From: Gammaproteobacteria bacterium
Lineage (GTDB): Bacteria > Pseudomonadota > Gammaproteobacteria > JBCCGL01
Length of the DNA stretch: 64,000 nucleotides
NCBI GenBank assembly: GCA_965277715.1
Contig: OZ255836.1
Span: forward strand, 96,001 to 160,000
Direction: 5' to 3'
Shown: positions 29,734-39,621 of the stretch, piece by piece
Layout of the letters: each line of letters opens with the position of its first letter
Position numbering within the stretch: the first letter of the stretch is position 1
Program-made: the position numbers and the translations under genes
The notes under the pieces: model-generated
Databases searched by the model: none
What the model saw: only the letters and a program-made list of their open reading frames with translations
What the model was told of the DNA's origin: nothing

Positions 29734-31262
29734 CAATACCGCTACCTCAGGTTTAACCCAATGAATCTTTTAGCCTCTGAGAGGCCTTGATACGAGGTTC
29801 AGTTAACAGTGGGTAGGCTTTTGGTCGTCGTTTAATTGCCCTTGGTTGGGGTGATCGTTTTCTCCTGCCAATTAACGTTGAAGCGATTATCCTTAATAAG
29901 GAAGTGTACGCTTTTTGTATCACACTGGATGTTGAGTGGATGAATTTAATATAAGCAATACCCAGTAGCTGTACCGTTGCCTTAAAACTTATTTGACGTG
30001 CTATTTCACCCTCTGTTTTTGCTGACTCTGCCATGCTACCCCGAATCAGGTTATAAGCCATAAAGGTTGTTGCTATTTCTTTTTCAACCATCTCGGGTGA
30101 ATGGCATCGCAACATATCCATTTTCAAATCTGTTTTAATTGTACGAAAATCCAATTCAACTTTCCAACGTTCCTTATACAGTGTTGAAAGCTCTTTCTTA
30201 GGGTAAGTATCAACCTCCAACAAAGTGCTAACATAGACTGTCCCATCCACTGAAAATTCTCGAACTGTCAGTGTTTTCGGCAATAGATCAAAGTCTGATT
30301 GCGACATCCAAACCGGTTTTCTTTTAGGTTTTTCCCACTCGATAAGATGATCTTTTGCACCAAGCGTTAACCCTGTTTTGTAATCCGCTTTCTTTTGTGC
30401 GTGATTCATTGAGACGAATGCAACCCCTTTCGATTGTAGAGCCGCTAAGACAGCATAAGTACAGTAATAGCGGTCTGCCAGTAATAGATCATTGGCGGTT
30501 AATGACGTCATCAGGGTACTGAATAATGACATTTCCCCTGTTCCCTTTCCTTGATACTCTCCCATTGCATAATCAATAATAGCGCCAGAACTTAAAGAAA
30601 TGAGTCCGACTATTCGAGCAATAGGAAAACCTAAACCCGGTTTTTGAGTCTGTTGCTGGGGGTATTTATGTTGATTTTTCTGGGTATCAGGCATGAGAAC
30701 AGTGGTTCCATCCACAAGCACCACATTATACCCTTTCCATGTCCAAATTTTACCTGCTCTGGCATGTAACGTTGAACCGATTGAACGTACCTCCTGAAGT
30801 ACCCACGACAGAGATAAACGTTGGCGGGCTTTACAGTAAGGACCGCTATTAAAAGAACTTGGAAGCAGGTTTTCCTGTAAACGATCAACTAGCAGACGGG
30901 CGACTGTTTCTTTACAACTGCCATTATCACTTAACACCTGCCAGAGAAATAAACGCAGTGTAACAAGTGGGGTGAATACCCGGTCTCGATAGCTGCCCGA
31001 TAGTTCGCTTAGGTCGTTTAGACGCTTGGAACAGAGTAAATTATTAAAGTCTCCTGTGTTTAACTGAAAAAAAACACGTTTGATCGTTTTAATTTGCTGT
31101 CGGATAGTGAATTTCATAGAATAGGTCAGCGTTAGGTTTTTTGGCGAAGTACTTGTGTGTTTTGTCGCTTACAAGGATACTTCAAAAGGAAACCTAACGT
31201 TACCCATCTATATGACTTTTAACGTTATTTTAGTTCTTCACCAGGCTGAGGTAGCGGTATTG
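29734..31262 (-). mobile_element. IS4-family IS, copy 1 (1529 bp)
   Basis: TIRs CAATACCGCTACCTCAG / CTGAGGTAGCGGTATTG. Confidence 0.95.
29753..31117 (-). CDS. IS4-family transposase
   Basis: VDGT, LADRYY, YKERWKVELDFRTIK. Confidence 0.95.
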   Translation of the reverse strand: MKFTIRQQIKTIKRVFFQLNTGDFNNLLCSKRLNDLSELSGSYRDRVFTPLVTLRLFLWQVLSDNGSCKETVARLLVDRLQENLLPSSFNSGPYCKARQRLSLSWVLQEVRSIGSTLHARAGKIWTWKGYNVVLVDGTTVLMPDTQKNQHKYPQQQTQKPGLGFPIARIVGLISLSSGAIIDYAMGEYQGKGTGEMSLFSTLMTSLTANDLLLADRYYCTYAVLAALQSKGVAFVSMNHAQKKADYKTGLTLGAKDHLIEWEKPKRKPVWMSQSDFDLLPKTLTVREFSVDGTVYVSTLLEVDTYPKKELSTLYKERWKVELDFRTIKTDLKMDMLRCHSPEMVEKEIATTFMAYNLIRGSMAESAKTEGEIARQISFKATVQLLGIAYIKFIHSTSSVIQKAYTSLLRIIASTLIGRRKRSPQPRAIKRRPKAYPLLTEPRIKASQRLKDSLG

Positions 31263-31386
31263 GGGTCGGTGACTGTTGCATCTCAACCCCAGCAGTAGCA
31301 TCCAATTTGTTAACTTGCCCTAAACCCTGTGCCAAGTAGGTGGTCTTGGCGTCGTAAATTTCGTTCTGCCCCAACGGTTTCATCAT
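31263..31386 (-). pseudogene. 5' stub of a gene truncated by the IS
   Basis: AGGTG RBS just after the hlyD stop; MMKPLGQNEIYDAKTTYLAQGLGQVNKLDATAGVEMQQSPTP is open up to the IS end. Confidence 0.45.
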
Positions 31387-31396
31387 GAGCACACCT

Positions 31397-32728
31397 TCAG
31401 CGTTCTCTTAATGCAGAAAGTAAGGTTTCTTTGATTGGTGCAATAAAAAAATCGATCAATGATCTTTGGTCTGTAATGATTTCGACTTGTACGCTCATGC
31501 CAATTTGTACTGTTTGTAAACCATCGTATGTATTAAAAGCTTTTTGACTCAAATTAATGTGGGCAAGATAGAATGATTTACTACCATCCTCTGACTGTAT
31601 AGAATCACTACTCAAGTAGACTAGCTTTCCCGGCAAACTTCCATAACGTGTATAGGGGAAAGCGTCCACCTTGATGCGCACTTTCTGATCGGCGCGTAAG
31701 AACCCAACCTCTCCACTGGGAATCCGAACTTTTGCAATAGGGGACTGACTAGTTGGTACGATAGTAAGCAAAGCATCTCCAGCGTTAACATAGATACCCG
31801 TAGCAGCAACAGACAATTTTTCGACGATACCAGATATCGGATTGAGCAATCGGCTGCTATCCAACTGGGCGACAATGCCTCTATGTTGAGCCTGGAGTTT
31901 CTTTTCCTGTAAATCCAATGCCTGCTGTTGCTCAGCAAATTCAAGCTTAAAGCGCCGAAAAACAGTGGGTATTTTCGCGTTCAATGAAACCATACGAACG
32001 TCCAGTAGCTCTTTGCGCTGGCGGTATTCGATACTGGCAAACCGAGCTTTTTGTAACTCAATAGAACTTTTTGTTATTTCTGCCTTACTTACATAATTTT
32101 TTGCCAGTAAAGCCTCGCGTGCGCTGTGGCTTGCCTGAATTAAGGGTTCTATTTCCTTTGCCTGAAGAGCCTGGGTTTTTGCGTAACGCATTTCAGCTAG
32201 GAGTTCAACTCTCTCTCTCTCCATATTGTCAAGTTGGTCTTTAATAGTGGAGAGGCGCTGGATAATCCAAGCACGCTGAAGTGGCTGTACTGATTCATCT
32301 TCCGGTATTTTTCGGTGAATCTCCACCAAATTAAGCTGTTTAAAATCCTCGAACTCAAAACGATTAACAGCACTATACAAAATCAATTGGGATTGGACAC
32401 TCTGTAGTTCTGCCTCTATTTCACGCAATTGCGCACGTAAGCTACGATCATCCATCTGAATCAGTATCTCACCCTGTTTGATCCGTTGGCCATCATGCAC
32501 TGCCAGCTTTGATACTACACCAGACCGGGCGGCACGGAGGGTTTTTACTTTACCACTGGGAATAATATGCCCTTTAGCTGTAGTAATCACATCAATTGAT
32601 GTAAAAATAGCCATCGTAATCGCAACAATCACAGTGATAATCACCGACACTGGCATAATCGAAGAGCCTGGCAGTATCGGTCGTTGTTGCGTCATTAAAT
32701 GCTCAGGATGGAAATTTAGCTTTGGCAT
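31397..32728 (-). CDS. HlyD-family type I secretion membrane fusion protein
   Basis: AKGHIIPSG, coiled coil, KVDAFPYTRYG, GMSVQVEIITDQRSLIDFFIAP, LRER. Confidence 0.95.
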   Translation of the reverse strand: MPKLNFHPEHLMTQQRPILPGSSIMPVSVIITVIVAITMAIFTSIDVITTAKGHIIPSGKVKTLRAARSGVVSKLAVHDGQRIKQGEILIQMDDRSLRAQLREIEAELQSVQSQLILYSAVNRFEFEDFKQLNLVEIHRKIPEDESVQPLQRAWIIQRLSTIKDQLDNMERERVELLAEMRYAKTQALQAKEIEPLIQASHSAREALLAKNYVSKAEITKSSIELQKARFASIEYRQRKELLDVRMVSLNAKIPTVFRRFKLEFAEQQQALDLQEKKLQAQHRGIVAQLDSSRLLNPISGIVEKLSVAATGIYVNAGDALLTIVPTSQSPIAKVRIPSGEVGFLRADQKVRIKVDAFPYTRYGSLPGKLVYLSSDSIQSEDGSKSFYLAHINLSQKAFNTYDGLQTVQIGMSVQVEIITDQRSLIDFFIAPIKETLLSALRER

Positions 32729-32733
32729 AAGTA

Positions 32734-34485
32734 TCAATCTACCATTGCCAAAATACGCGAAGAAACGCCTGTCTGGTATTGACATAAGCGACTATATACC
32801 CCTTCGTGCTTTATCAAATCCAGGTGTTGGCCTTGCTCAACGATTTCCCCCGCTTGCATAACCACAATACGATCACAGAGACGTGCCAGTGACAAACGGT
32901 GAGTTACGATAATAACCGTTTTTTGCCGCCCTAAAGTCTGCAAGTTATCGATCACTTTCGCCTCAGTTTCATAGTCTAGCGCACTACTCGCCTCGTCTAG
33001 TATCAAAAGCGGTGTATCGGCGGCAATAGCACGCGCCAGCGCAATACGCTGTACTTGGCCGCCGGAAAAGTTATGCCCACCTTCCATCACCGGGCTGTAA
33101 TAGCCTTTCGGCAATGTATCAACAAACTGATCAATGCAGGCGATACGTGCAGCCCTGCGCATTACTTCATCATTTGGTGCGTCACAGGCATAGAGAATAT
33201 TACTGGCAATCGTGCCACTGAAGAGTATATTGCGCTGCAACACATAAGAAACTTGTCCACGAACCGATGCGATATCAAGCGTGCGTATTTCATGACCATC
33301 AAGATAGATCCCTCCTTTATACTCATCGTAAGCCAATGATAAAAGTTTTACCAACGTACTTTTACCTGCGCCTGATTCGCCGAGTAGGCACACGCGTTCG
33401 CCGTGGTGAATCTCCATATTAATATTTTTTAACGCCGATGACGAATGTTCAGGATAAGTAAAAGAAAGCTGCCTGAACTCTATAAGACGCTGAAACTTAT
33501 CTGCCATCCGGTAAGAGGTCTGTGTAGCGCTTTGTTCAATCTGGTGTGCAAGCACAGTATTCAAACGTTCGACAGACAGGCGAAAAGCCAGTATCTCCTC
33601 CCAGATGGAAGCGAGCCGGATAAGCGGACTGGTTACCCGGTCTTTCAGCATATTAAAAGCCACCAGCGCGCCAAGCGTGAGGTTCTGTTCCAACACCAGA
33701 GTAGCGCCAACATACAAAACAAATACCTCGGATACCACTCCAATAAACTCCGAGGTACGTTCCGACCACATGCCTACCTGCGCCAACCTGTACGACTTTC
33801 GCAGACGCTTATCCAGTGTTCTGAAAATACCATCCACTCCAGCGGCCGTTTTATTGCTCGCACGAACGGTTTCAATCCCTTGCAAACACTCGATTACCCA
33901 GGATTGATGTTGTACACCGGCTGCAAAATTTTCCTTTTCGCGATGCTTTAGTGTTTTACCGAATAAAAAATACTGACCCGCATGTAAAGGAACGGTTGCC
34001 AATACTATCAGCGACAGTGGCATGCTCAAAGAAAGCATCACCAGTAAAAAAATGAGCATAAAAAGCAAGTCCACAGCCAGTGACAATACCCAGCTACTGA
34101 GTATGCCGCGAATGGCATCCAATTCTGCCGAGCGCGATACGATCTCACCTACTGGCGTGCGATCAAAATATGATTTTTTGAGTTTAAAGAGGTGGCGATA
34201 AAATACACCGGCTGACTCGCTGCCCATGCCGATTCCAACCCATTGAGACACGCGAAACTGCGCCACTTTCAGCAGCTGTGTCAACACTGCCGTAGTCAAC
34301 AGTATTATCAAGATAACGGTTAAAGTCGCATAACCTTCAGACACCAACACACGGTCAATTACCGCCATAAACGACAATGGTGTCGCTAATGACAGAGTAT
34401 TTAGGACAACGCCAATTAGCGCGGTCCAAGCAAGCAACCGGGCATAGCGACGAAATAGACCAGCAAAGAGGCTTTTGGATCCCAC
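32734..34485 (-). CDS. HlyB-like type I secretion ABC transporter lacking the C39 domain
   Basis: TM domain starts at residue ~15; GESGAGKST, FSGGQVQR, ILDEASSALD; 583 aa. Confidence 0.92.
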   Translation of the reverse strand: MGSKSLFAGLFRRYARLLAWTALIGVVLNTLSLATPLSFMAVIDRVLVSEGYATLTVILIILLTTAVLTQLLKVAQFRVSQWVGIGMGSESAGVFYRHLFKLKKSYFDRTPVGEIVSRSAELDAIRGILSSWVLSLAVDLLFMLIFLLVMLSLSMPLSLIVLATVPLHAGQYFLFGKTLKHREKENFAAGVQHQSWVIECLQGIETVRASNKTAAGVDGIFRTLDKRLRKSYRLAQVGMWSERTSEFIGVVSEVFVLYVGATLVLEQNLTLGALVAFNMLKDRVTSPLIRLASIWEEILAFRLSVERLNTVLAHQIEQSATQTSYRMADKFQRLIEFRQLSFTYPEHSSSALKNINMEIHHGERVCLLGESGAGKSTLVKLLSLAYDEYKGGIYLDGHEIRTLDIASVRGQVSYVLQRNILFSGTIASNILYACDAPNDEVMRRAARIACIDQFVDTLPKGYYSPVMEGGHNFSGGQVQRIALARAIAADTPLLILDEASSALDYETEAKVIDNLQTLGRQKTVIIVTHRLSLARLCDRIVVMQAGEIVEQGQHLDLIKHEGVYSRLCQYQTGVSSRILAMVD

Positions 34486-34508
34486 TTAGCAAGCAACCGT
34501 CGGTAGAA

Positions 34509-37277
34509 TTAAGGCAACCATATAAAGCGCGACTGCGCACTCCGCTTGCCCACCAGAACCTGGAGCACACGTTGTAATGCATCGGGAGCAGGTGCCACTG
34601 TTCTGGCTGCTATGTTAAATATATAGCGAGGTGTAAATCCGGTTATTGTCGTTGAGGCTACTTCTTGCGCAACTATAGCCGGATTTTTATAAAGCCTCTT
34701 CAACCTGTTGAGTTGATTTTTTTTCCATTGTGCTAACTGCGTTGGTTCTGGGGTTGTTTTCGCTAATTTCCTCAATAAGATGTCGATAGTATCAATGATC
34801 TCGTCGACATTTCCTGGGTCGCAGGCAAAGCGGATTATCAGTGTATAAACATCCTGCTCCGATGCAGCACCATCTATAGTAGTGTTAATGGCGTACACAA
34901 GGCTTCGTTGCTCGCGTATCTCAGTTAATAGCACACCCTGAAGCCAGAGCCTGATAAAATCCATTTTATCTGAATTCATATCAGGCAAGGCTGGCTTTTC
35001 GATCTCATAGCGTAACATGACACTGGCTTCTTTTTGTCCGCTACCACTCACCCGGATATCTGCATTATTTTTCGGTCGCGGAAAAAAGCGAACGCTGTCT
35101 TTTTCAATCATGTTGGTAACAACTGGCAATGTTGCGAGACTCCGCAAAACTGCTGGTCGGAGGGTTGGCTCCAGAATATCGCCGACGATGGCTATACGAT
35201 AATTTTGCGCACCCTTGAAATAACGTTGATAAACAGTGCTCACAGCTTGCATATCAATCGAGTTTAGCTCGTCTAGTGTCATCACACGCAAGGCCGCATC
35301 GCGGTTGAAAAGTTCAACTCCCAGTGCATCCTGCCAAGGCTTGGCTGGATTTCGTAGAAACCGCTCAAGGTCGGCACGGTTTTTCGCTTTGTAGTGTCGC
35401 CACGCAGTTGAATCGATCCGCGCTTCGGTTAGAGCGATATGTAGTAGCCGTAGGAGTGTATCGATATCTTCGCTTTTGCCGCTGCCGTTAATACCCCGGT
35501 TAAAGTAGGCAAAGTAAGGCTGTAACCCGGCATTATGATTGTTTAGCCAGTCATTGAATTCGGCCGCGTTTTTATCACGTAAACCACTGGCAGCAATGGT
35601 ATCCAACGCCAACCTCGCGTGCAGGGTTTGAGCTTCTGACAATCGATTCAGCCCACCTGCACCCGCTAGGCTGTAGTGCACTCTGCCGGGGGACCCACCG
35701 CTATATTGGTGCCATACGACAATACCATTACTCAAAGTCCACTCGGTCACCCCTCCAGGCAGTACACGCGTACCAACAATACTACCCTTCACAGCCGGAG
35801 AAATAGACCAGTCTTCGCTCGCTTGTATGGGCACCTGCGCAGCGGAAAATCGGGTTTTATCGACGCTTAGCCACCGTTCAACATGCGCCTGCTCTGTCGG
35901 ATCGGGCCTATCGGCGTGTACCAACAGGACGTGTGGATGACTATCCATAACCTGTGAGACTGCGTTATCGATATCCTCAATCCGCACATTTGCCAATTGT
36001 TCTTCTATTAGCGAGTACCATTGTCTGGCACGAACGATGGGGACACCATAGAGAAAGTTGTGCATGGCGGCGTCGGCCAGGCTGTGCGCGGAATCCCATT
36101 TCACGCGTTGCTCCGCCAAGTAAGCAGTCCGCCAATTATCCAGTTCGATCTGTGTAATGCCTTGCGACAATAGTTGCGCTCGCTCTTCCGCTAGAATGCG
36201 TGTTGCGGTTTCAAAATTTCCCGACGACAATATCGCCTTGAGCGAAACACGCAGCACCTCTGGCGATTCTTGCCGCCACTGGGTATAAAAGTTGCCCACC
36301 GCGCCCTCGGTCGCCTGCAATCGATGATTCAGGCGTCGTCTGAGTATCTTTAAGCCTGCCTGCCAAAGCGCAGCCCTGTAGAGTTTGTCGTGCGTTGTAG
36401 GTCGTGCCATGCGACTAAAGTGATCGAATGATACAGACTCCTCATGCGTGTGTTTATCATTGATAATGAGTGTTTCCGGAAGAGTGTCGATATTGATATT
36501 GTATACTCCAGGGCTGCCGGATAGCTGGGGTGCCCAGTCGGAGAATTTTTCTTTTATCATCTCGATTATTTTGGAAGTGCTGGAAATATCGCCTGTTACG
36601 ATTATTGCGGCATTGTCGGGGCGATACCAACGCTGGTAGTAAGCCCGTAGTGTGCTTGGCTTGGCCGATTCGATACTTTCTAGGGTACCGATGGGATAGC
36701 GCTCAGCGTAGCGACTGTTGCGGTACAGTGCCTGCCAGCGTGCATCATTATCTTCTCGTAAGCGCCACTCCTCACGCACAATCGGTATCTCGCTGGCAAG
36801 CACGTCGGGGGGGAAGCGGATATACCTTGCCCATTGAGTCAACAGATCAATTGCGAAGGCTATATCGCTGTCAGTCGGATCTTCAAGCCTCAGCCAGTAG
36901 GTTGTATGGTCAAAATAAGTGGCGGCATTACTGTGCTGGATAAACGAGATGCCCCGTTTTTTCAACTGTTCGAACAACTGTTGATTAGGGTAATCACGAG
37001 TTGAGTTAAATGCCATATGCTCAACGATATGAGCATGGCCTTGTTGCTCATCCGTTTCGTGTAATGAACCAGATTTTATTACAAGACGAGCTTCCACTAC
37101 TCTAACACTAGCACTTGAATATTTGTTTTTTAAGACTGTAATCGTCATTTTATTGCGAAGAACTCCGGAGTAATCTCCGGCGAACGCCTCTTTGTTTGCT
37201 TTAAATAATGCGAAGGAAAAGATCGTTAGGATGAAAAGTAAAAAAGTAAAAAATTTGATATTTATTTTTAGTTTCAT
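34509..37277 (-). CDS. M16 (PqqL/pitrilysin-like) zinc protease, exported
   Basis: Signal/TM N-terminus; GHAHIVEHMAF (HxxEH), NAATYFDHT, EEWR, RYPIG, YQRWYRPDN, IREQRSLVY. Confidence 0.92.
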   Translation of the reverse strand: MKLKINIKFFTFLLFILTIFSFALFKANKEAFAGDYSGVLRNKMTITVLKNKYSSASVRVVEARLVIKSGSLHETDEQQGHAHIVEHMAFNSTRDYPNQQLFEQLKKRGISFIQHSNAATYFDHTTYWLRLEDPTDSDIAFAIDLLTQWARYIRFPPDVLASEIPIVREEWRLREDNDARWQALYRNSRYAERYPIGTLESIESAKPSTLRAYYQRWYRPDNAAIIVTGDISSTSKIIEMIKEKFSDWAPQLSGSPGVYNINIDTLPETLIINDKHTHEESVSFDHFSRMARPTTHDKLYRAALWQAGLKILRRRLNHRLQATEGAVGNFYTQWRQESPEVLRVSLKAILSSGNFETATRILAEERAQLLSQGITQIELDNWRTAYLAEQRVKWDSAHSLADAAMHNFLYGVPIVRARQWYSLIEEQLANVRIEDIDNAVSQVMDSHPHVLLVHADRPDPTEQAHVERWLSVDKTRFSAAQVPIQASEDWSISPAVKGSIVGTRVLPGGVTEWTLSNGIVVWHQYSGGSPGRVHYSLAGAGGLNRLSEAQTLHARLALDTIAASGLRDKNAAEFNDWLNNHNAGLQPYFAYFNRGINGSGKSEDIDTLLRLLHIALTEARIDSTAWRHYKAKNRADLERFLRNPAKPWQDALGVELFNRDAALRVMTLDELNSIDMQAVSTVYQRYFKGAQNYRIAIVGDILEPTLRPAVLRSLATLPVVTNMIEKDSVRFFPRPKNNADIRVSGSGQKEASVMLRYEIEKPALPDMNSDKMDFIRLWLQGVLLTEIREQRSLVYAINTTIDGAASEQDVYTLIIRFACDPGNVDEIIDTIDILLRKLAKTTPEPTQLAQWKKNQLNRLKRLYKNPAIVAQEVASTTITGFTPRYIFNIAARTVAPAPDALQRVLQVLVGKRSAQSRFIWLP

Positions 37278-37340
37278 GCGACAATTTACTGTATTTTTTA
37301 ATGAAAAACCAATTGTTTAAAAATTAAAATTATTTCCTGA

Positions 37341-38582
37341 TCATCGAATAAAAACAATATTAGGTATCTCCTCTGTCCTGGATATAGCCCTGATTAATTC
37401 GCGGCATGAGTCTTCCTTTGAGCAGTCATATCTGTTGCTGATAAATATTGTAATCATGTCAGAAGTTGAAAAATATGCAGACATTATAACTTGCGAAGCC
37501 AAGTAAGCCTGAGCAAAAATCCGAGGCGGCAACTTGGAAAGGTTGGAACGATCTACAGCGCTTGAGCTAACCTCAAAACCACCTAAGTCGGATTGAATAT
37601 CAGAAATCCAGTTGTTAATCGAATTTAATAAGTCGTTGTTGGAGGATTTCTGCTGTTCCGTATCGATAATATTTGCAAAATGCAAAGATGTGTTTTTTAA
37701 ATCTTTTTTCAATATTTCGATAATTTTTAATCTGTGTCGCTGCGCTCCATCCCAGATAAGGTAATTTCTAGCATCAATCTCTTGTTGTTTGTCCTGAATC
37801 TCTATTGAATTAAATTTCAATTTTTGACGGCAAGCAAGACAGACTGACTGATAATAATCAGCCTCCGAAGGTGAAAACCATTTCAACTGTTTAAAGCCAG
37901 CGGCACATAATCTCTGAGACAGTTCCGCAGGTGTGATAGCTCGCCGTTTCATGGAGATAATTTTCGCGGGTGCCATGGACTTGTCTGGAACCACGAAATA
38001 ACTGCAATCGTGTATTGGAGATCTCGGTGAGCCTTGCCAAATTCGTCTTTGAAAATACAGTATGTTGCCTTTTTCACGACTAACTGGAGCAACATTTGAT
38101 AGGGCAATATCCGGCTCCTCAATCATTAGTTTTCCATAGTCATATATTCCAATAACAGCTATGCCATCTGGTTTTAAACAGTTAAATATCTTTTCTATAC
38201 AGGTTTCCAACTCTGTATCTTCAAGAAAATGAGTGATAAAACTTGAGAGAACAAAAGCAATATCATATTTCTCTTTAAATTCTCTTTCTAAAAAATCTGT
38301 GCACTCTAACTGGATATTTAGATTCTGTTTTTTTGCAAGCTGTCTCGCTACTGCCAAACTCTTTTTACTAAAATCGATCCCTGTGACTTTATGGCCCATC
38401 TGTGCAAGGGCAACGGTGACCTGCCCCGTTCCACATCCAACTTCTAAAATTCGTTGCCCGGCAGGTAAATCTGAGAATATACGAAAGTACAATCTATGTA
38501 CCTCATCAATACCTCCATTTTCTTGGCGGTGCATTAAGTCGTAGTCCTCTGACCAGTCATCATATATATTTTTATACGACAT
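37341..38582 (-). CDS. Class I SAM methyltransferase with C-terminal degenerate QueC-like domain
   Basis: ILEVGCGTG, GIDFS, LKPDG; C-terminal ~150 aa aligns by eye with ORF 39608-40270. Confidence 0.85.
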   Translation of the reverse strand: MSYKNIYDDWSEDYDLMHRQENGGIDEVHRLYFRIFSDLPAGQRILEVGCGTGQVTVALAQMGHKVTGIDFSKKSLAVARQLAKKQNLNIQLECTDFLEREFKEKYDIAFVLSSFITHFLEDTELETCIEKIFNCLKPDGIAVIGIYDYGKLMIEEPDIALSNVAPVSREKGNILYFQRRIWQGSPRSPIHDCSYFVVPDKSMAPAKIISMKRRAITPAELSQRLCAAGFKQLKWFSPSEADYYQSVCLACRQKLKFNSIEIQDKQQEIDARNYLIWDGAQRHRLKIIEILKKDLKNTSLHFANIIDTEQQKSSNNDLLNSINNWISDIQSDLGGFEVSSSAVDRSNLSKLPPRIFAQAYLASQVIMSAYFSTSDMITIFISNRYDCSKEDSCRELIRAISRTEEIPNIVFIR

Positions 38583-39027
38583 GTCGTTTTGTCCCAAAGA
38601 TAGTGTCCCATAGACGAAAATACAGATCATAGTTTACTGAACAGTCCTGATGATGAATAAGGTGGTAGCGCCCCATCGCAAGTCCAGGTATGTTAATTCG
38701 TGGGTTATGATCAACGATGCCTTCGGCAAGAATGAAACCATCAATGTAATATAATACAGCAATCGGCCACGCCTGTGGCCACACCACCATTATGGCTAGT
38801 AAAGGTAAAATTTCAGTTATCCACTGATCTGTGGTAGCTTTCCAATCACCAAACCACCCAATAAGATTAAGCCAACTGAACTCACAGTCACCGGCATAAT
38901 TTACCACATGATGGCTTTTGTGAAACTTCCACAGAAAACTAAAACTGTGTGCTGCTCTATGCGTCCAGTAAATGATAAATGTAAAGAGAAAAAAACAGAT
39001 CGTTAAATTCAAAATGTATGAAATCAT
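38572..39027 (-). CDS. Fatty acid hydroxylase/sterol desaturase family protein
   Basis: His boxes YWTHRAAH, FHKSHH, DHN, YHLIHH; NY...WDTIFGT. Confidence 0.88.
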   Translation of the reverse strand: MISYILNLTICFFLFTFIIYWTHRAAHSFSFLWKFHKSHHVVNYAGDCEFSWLNLIGWFGDWKATTDQWITEILPLLAIMVVWPQAWPIAVLYYIDGFILAEGIVDHNPRINIPGLAMGRYHLIHHQDCSVNYDLYFRLWDTIFGTKRHVV

Positions 39028-39036
39028 AGTAGTATA

Positions 39037-39621
39037 TCAACCCCACTTACACCAAGTATCAGTAAAAACCACTTCGCAGCTATGGTGCCTGGTTAAAATA
39101 TTTCCGCGATTGAAATCCAAAGCATAATTGTAATTTCTAGCGCGTTCTCCCAGTGAGGTAGCGATATTTTTAAGTTCGGAATTTGAAGGAGGGTAATATT
39201 TAGGCCGGTCATCCAGTGATGCGTAGGCATAATTGATCGCCAAGTTTGTCTCTCCCCAAAAGGAACCATCTTTAGGTGCTGGAAATAAGCGTTCCATAAT
39301 AGTCATTGCCGAGATCCCATCATCATGATGGCTTAGGATGTTGGGAAGATATTTGCAATTGTTTTTTTTGGCAAAATCTACAAATCTAGTAAAAGCCTCA
39401 CAGCTTATGCCTATTCGGACTACCGTTCTTTCATCTAATCTGTCGAAAACAATAGCATCGTCCCCTCTACCAATTTCAGAAAAAGATTGCTTGTATATAT
39501 CTTCCAGCTGTGAGGCAGCAACAAGCCAAGCTGGATGTAGTGAAGTCTTCTGTGTTGCCTCGTCGTTAGGTAGTAGCCTGGTGGTGTTATCACAAGTAGA
39601 AATTAGTTTACTGGAGTGCAT
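39037..39621 (-). CDS. Minimal protein-kinase-like fold protein
   Basis: IGRGDDAIVF Gly-loop, IMERL hinge, LDFNRGNIL catalytic loop, VFTD. Confidence 0.65.
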   Translation of the reverse strand: MHSSKLISTCDNTTRLLPNDEATQKTSLHPAWLVAASQLEDIYKQSFSEIGRGDDAIVFDRLDERTVVRIGISCEAFTRFVDFAKKNNCKYLPNILSHHDDGISAMTIMERLFPAPKDGSFWGETNLAINYAYASLDDRPKYYPPSNSELKNIATSLGERARNYNYALDFNRGNILTRHHSCEVVFTDTWCKWG

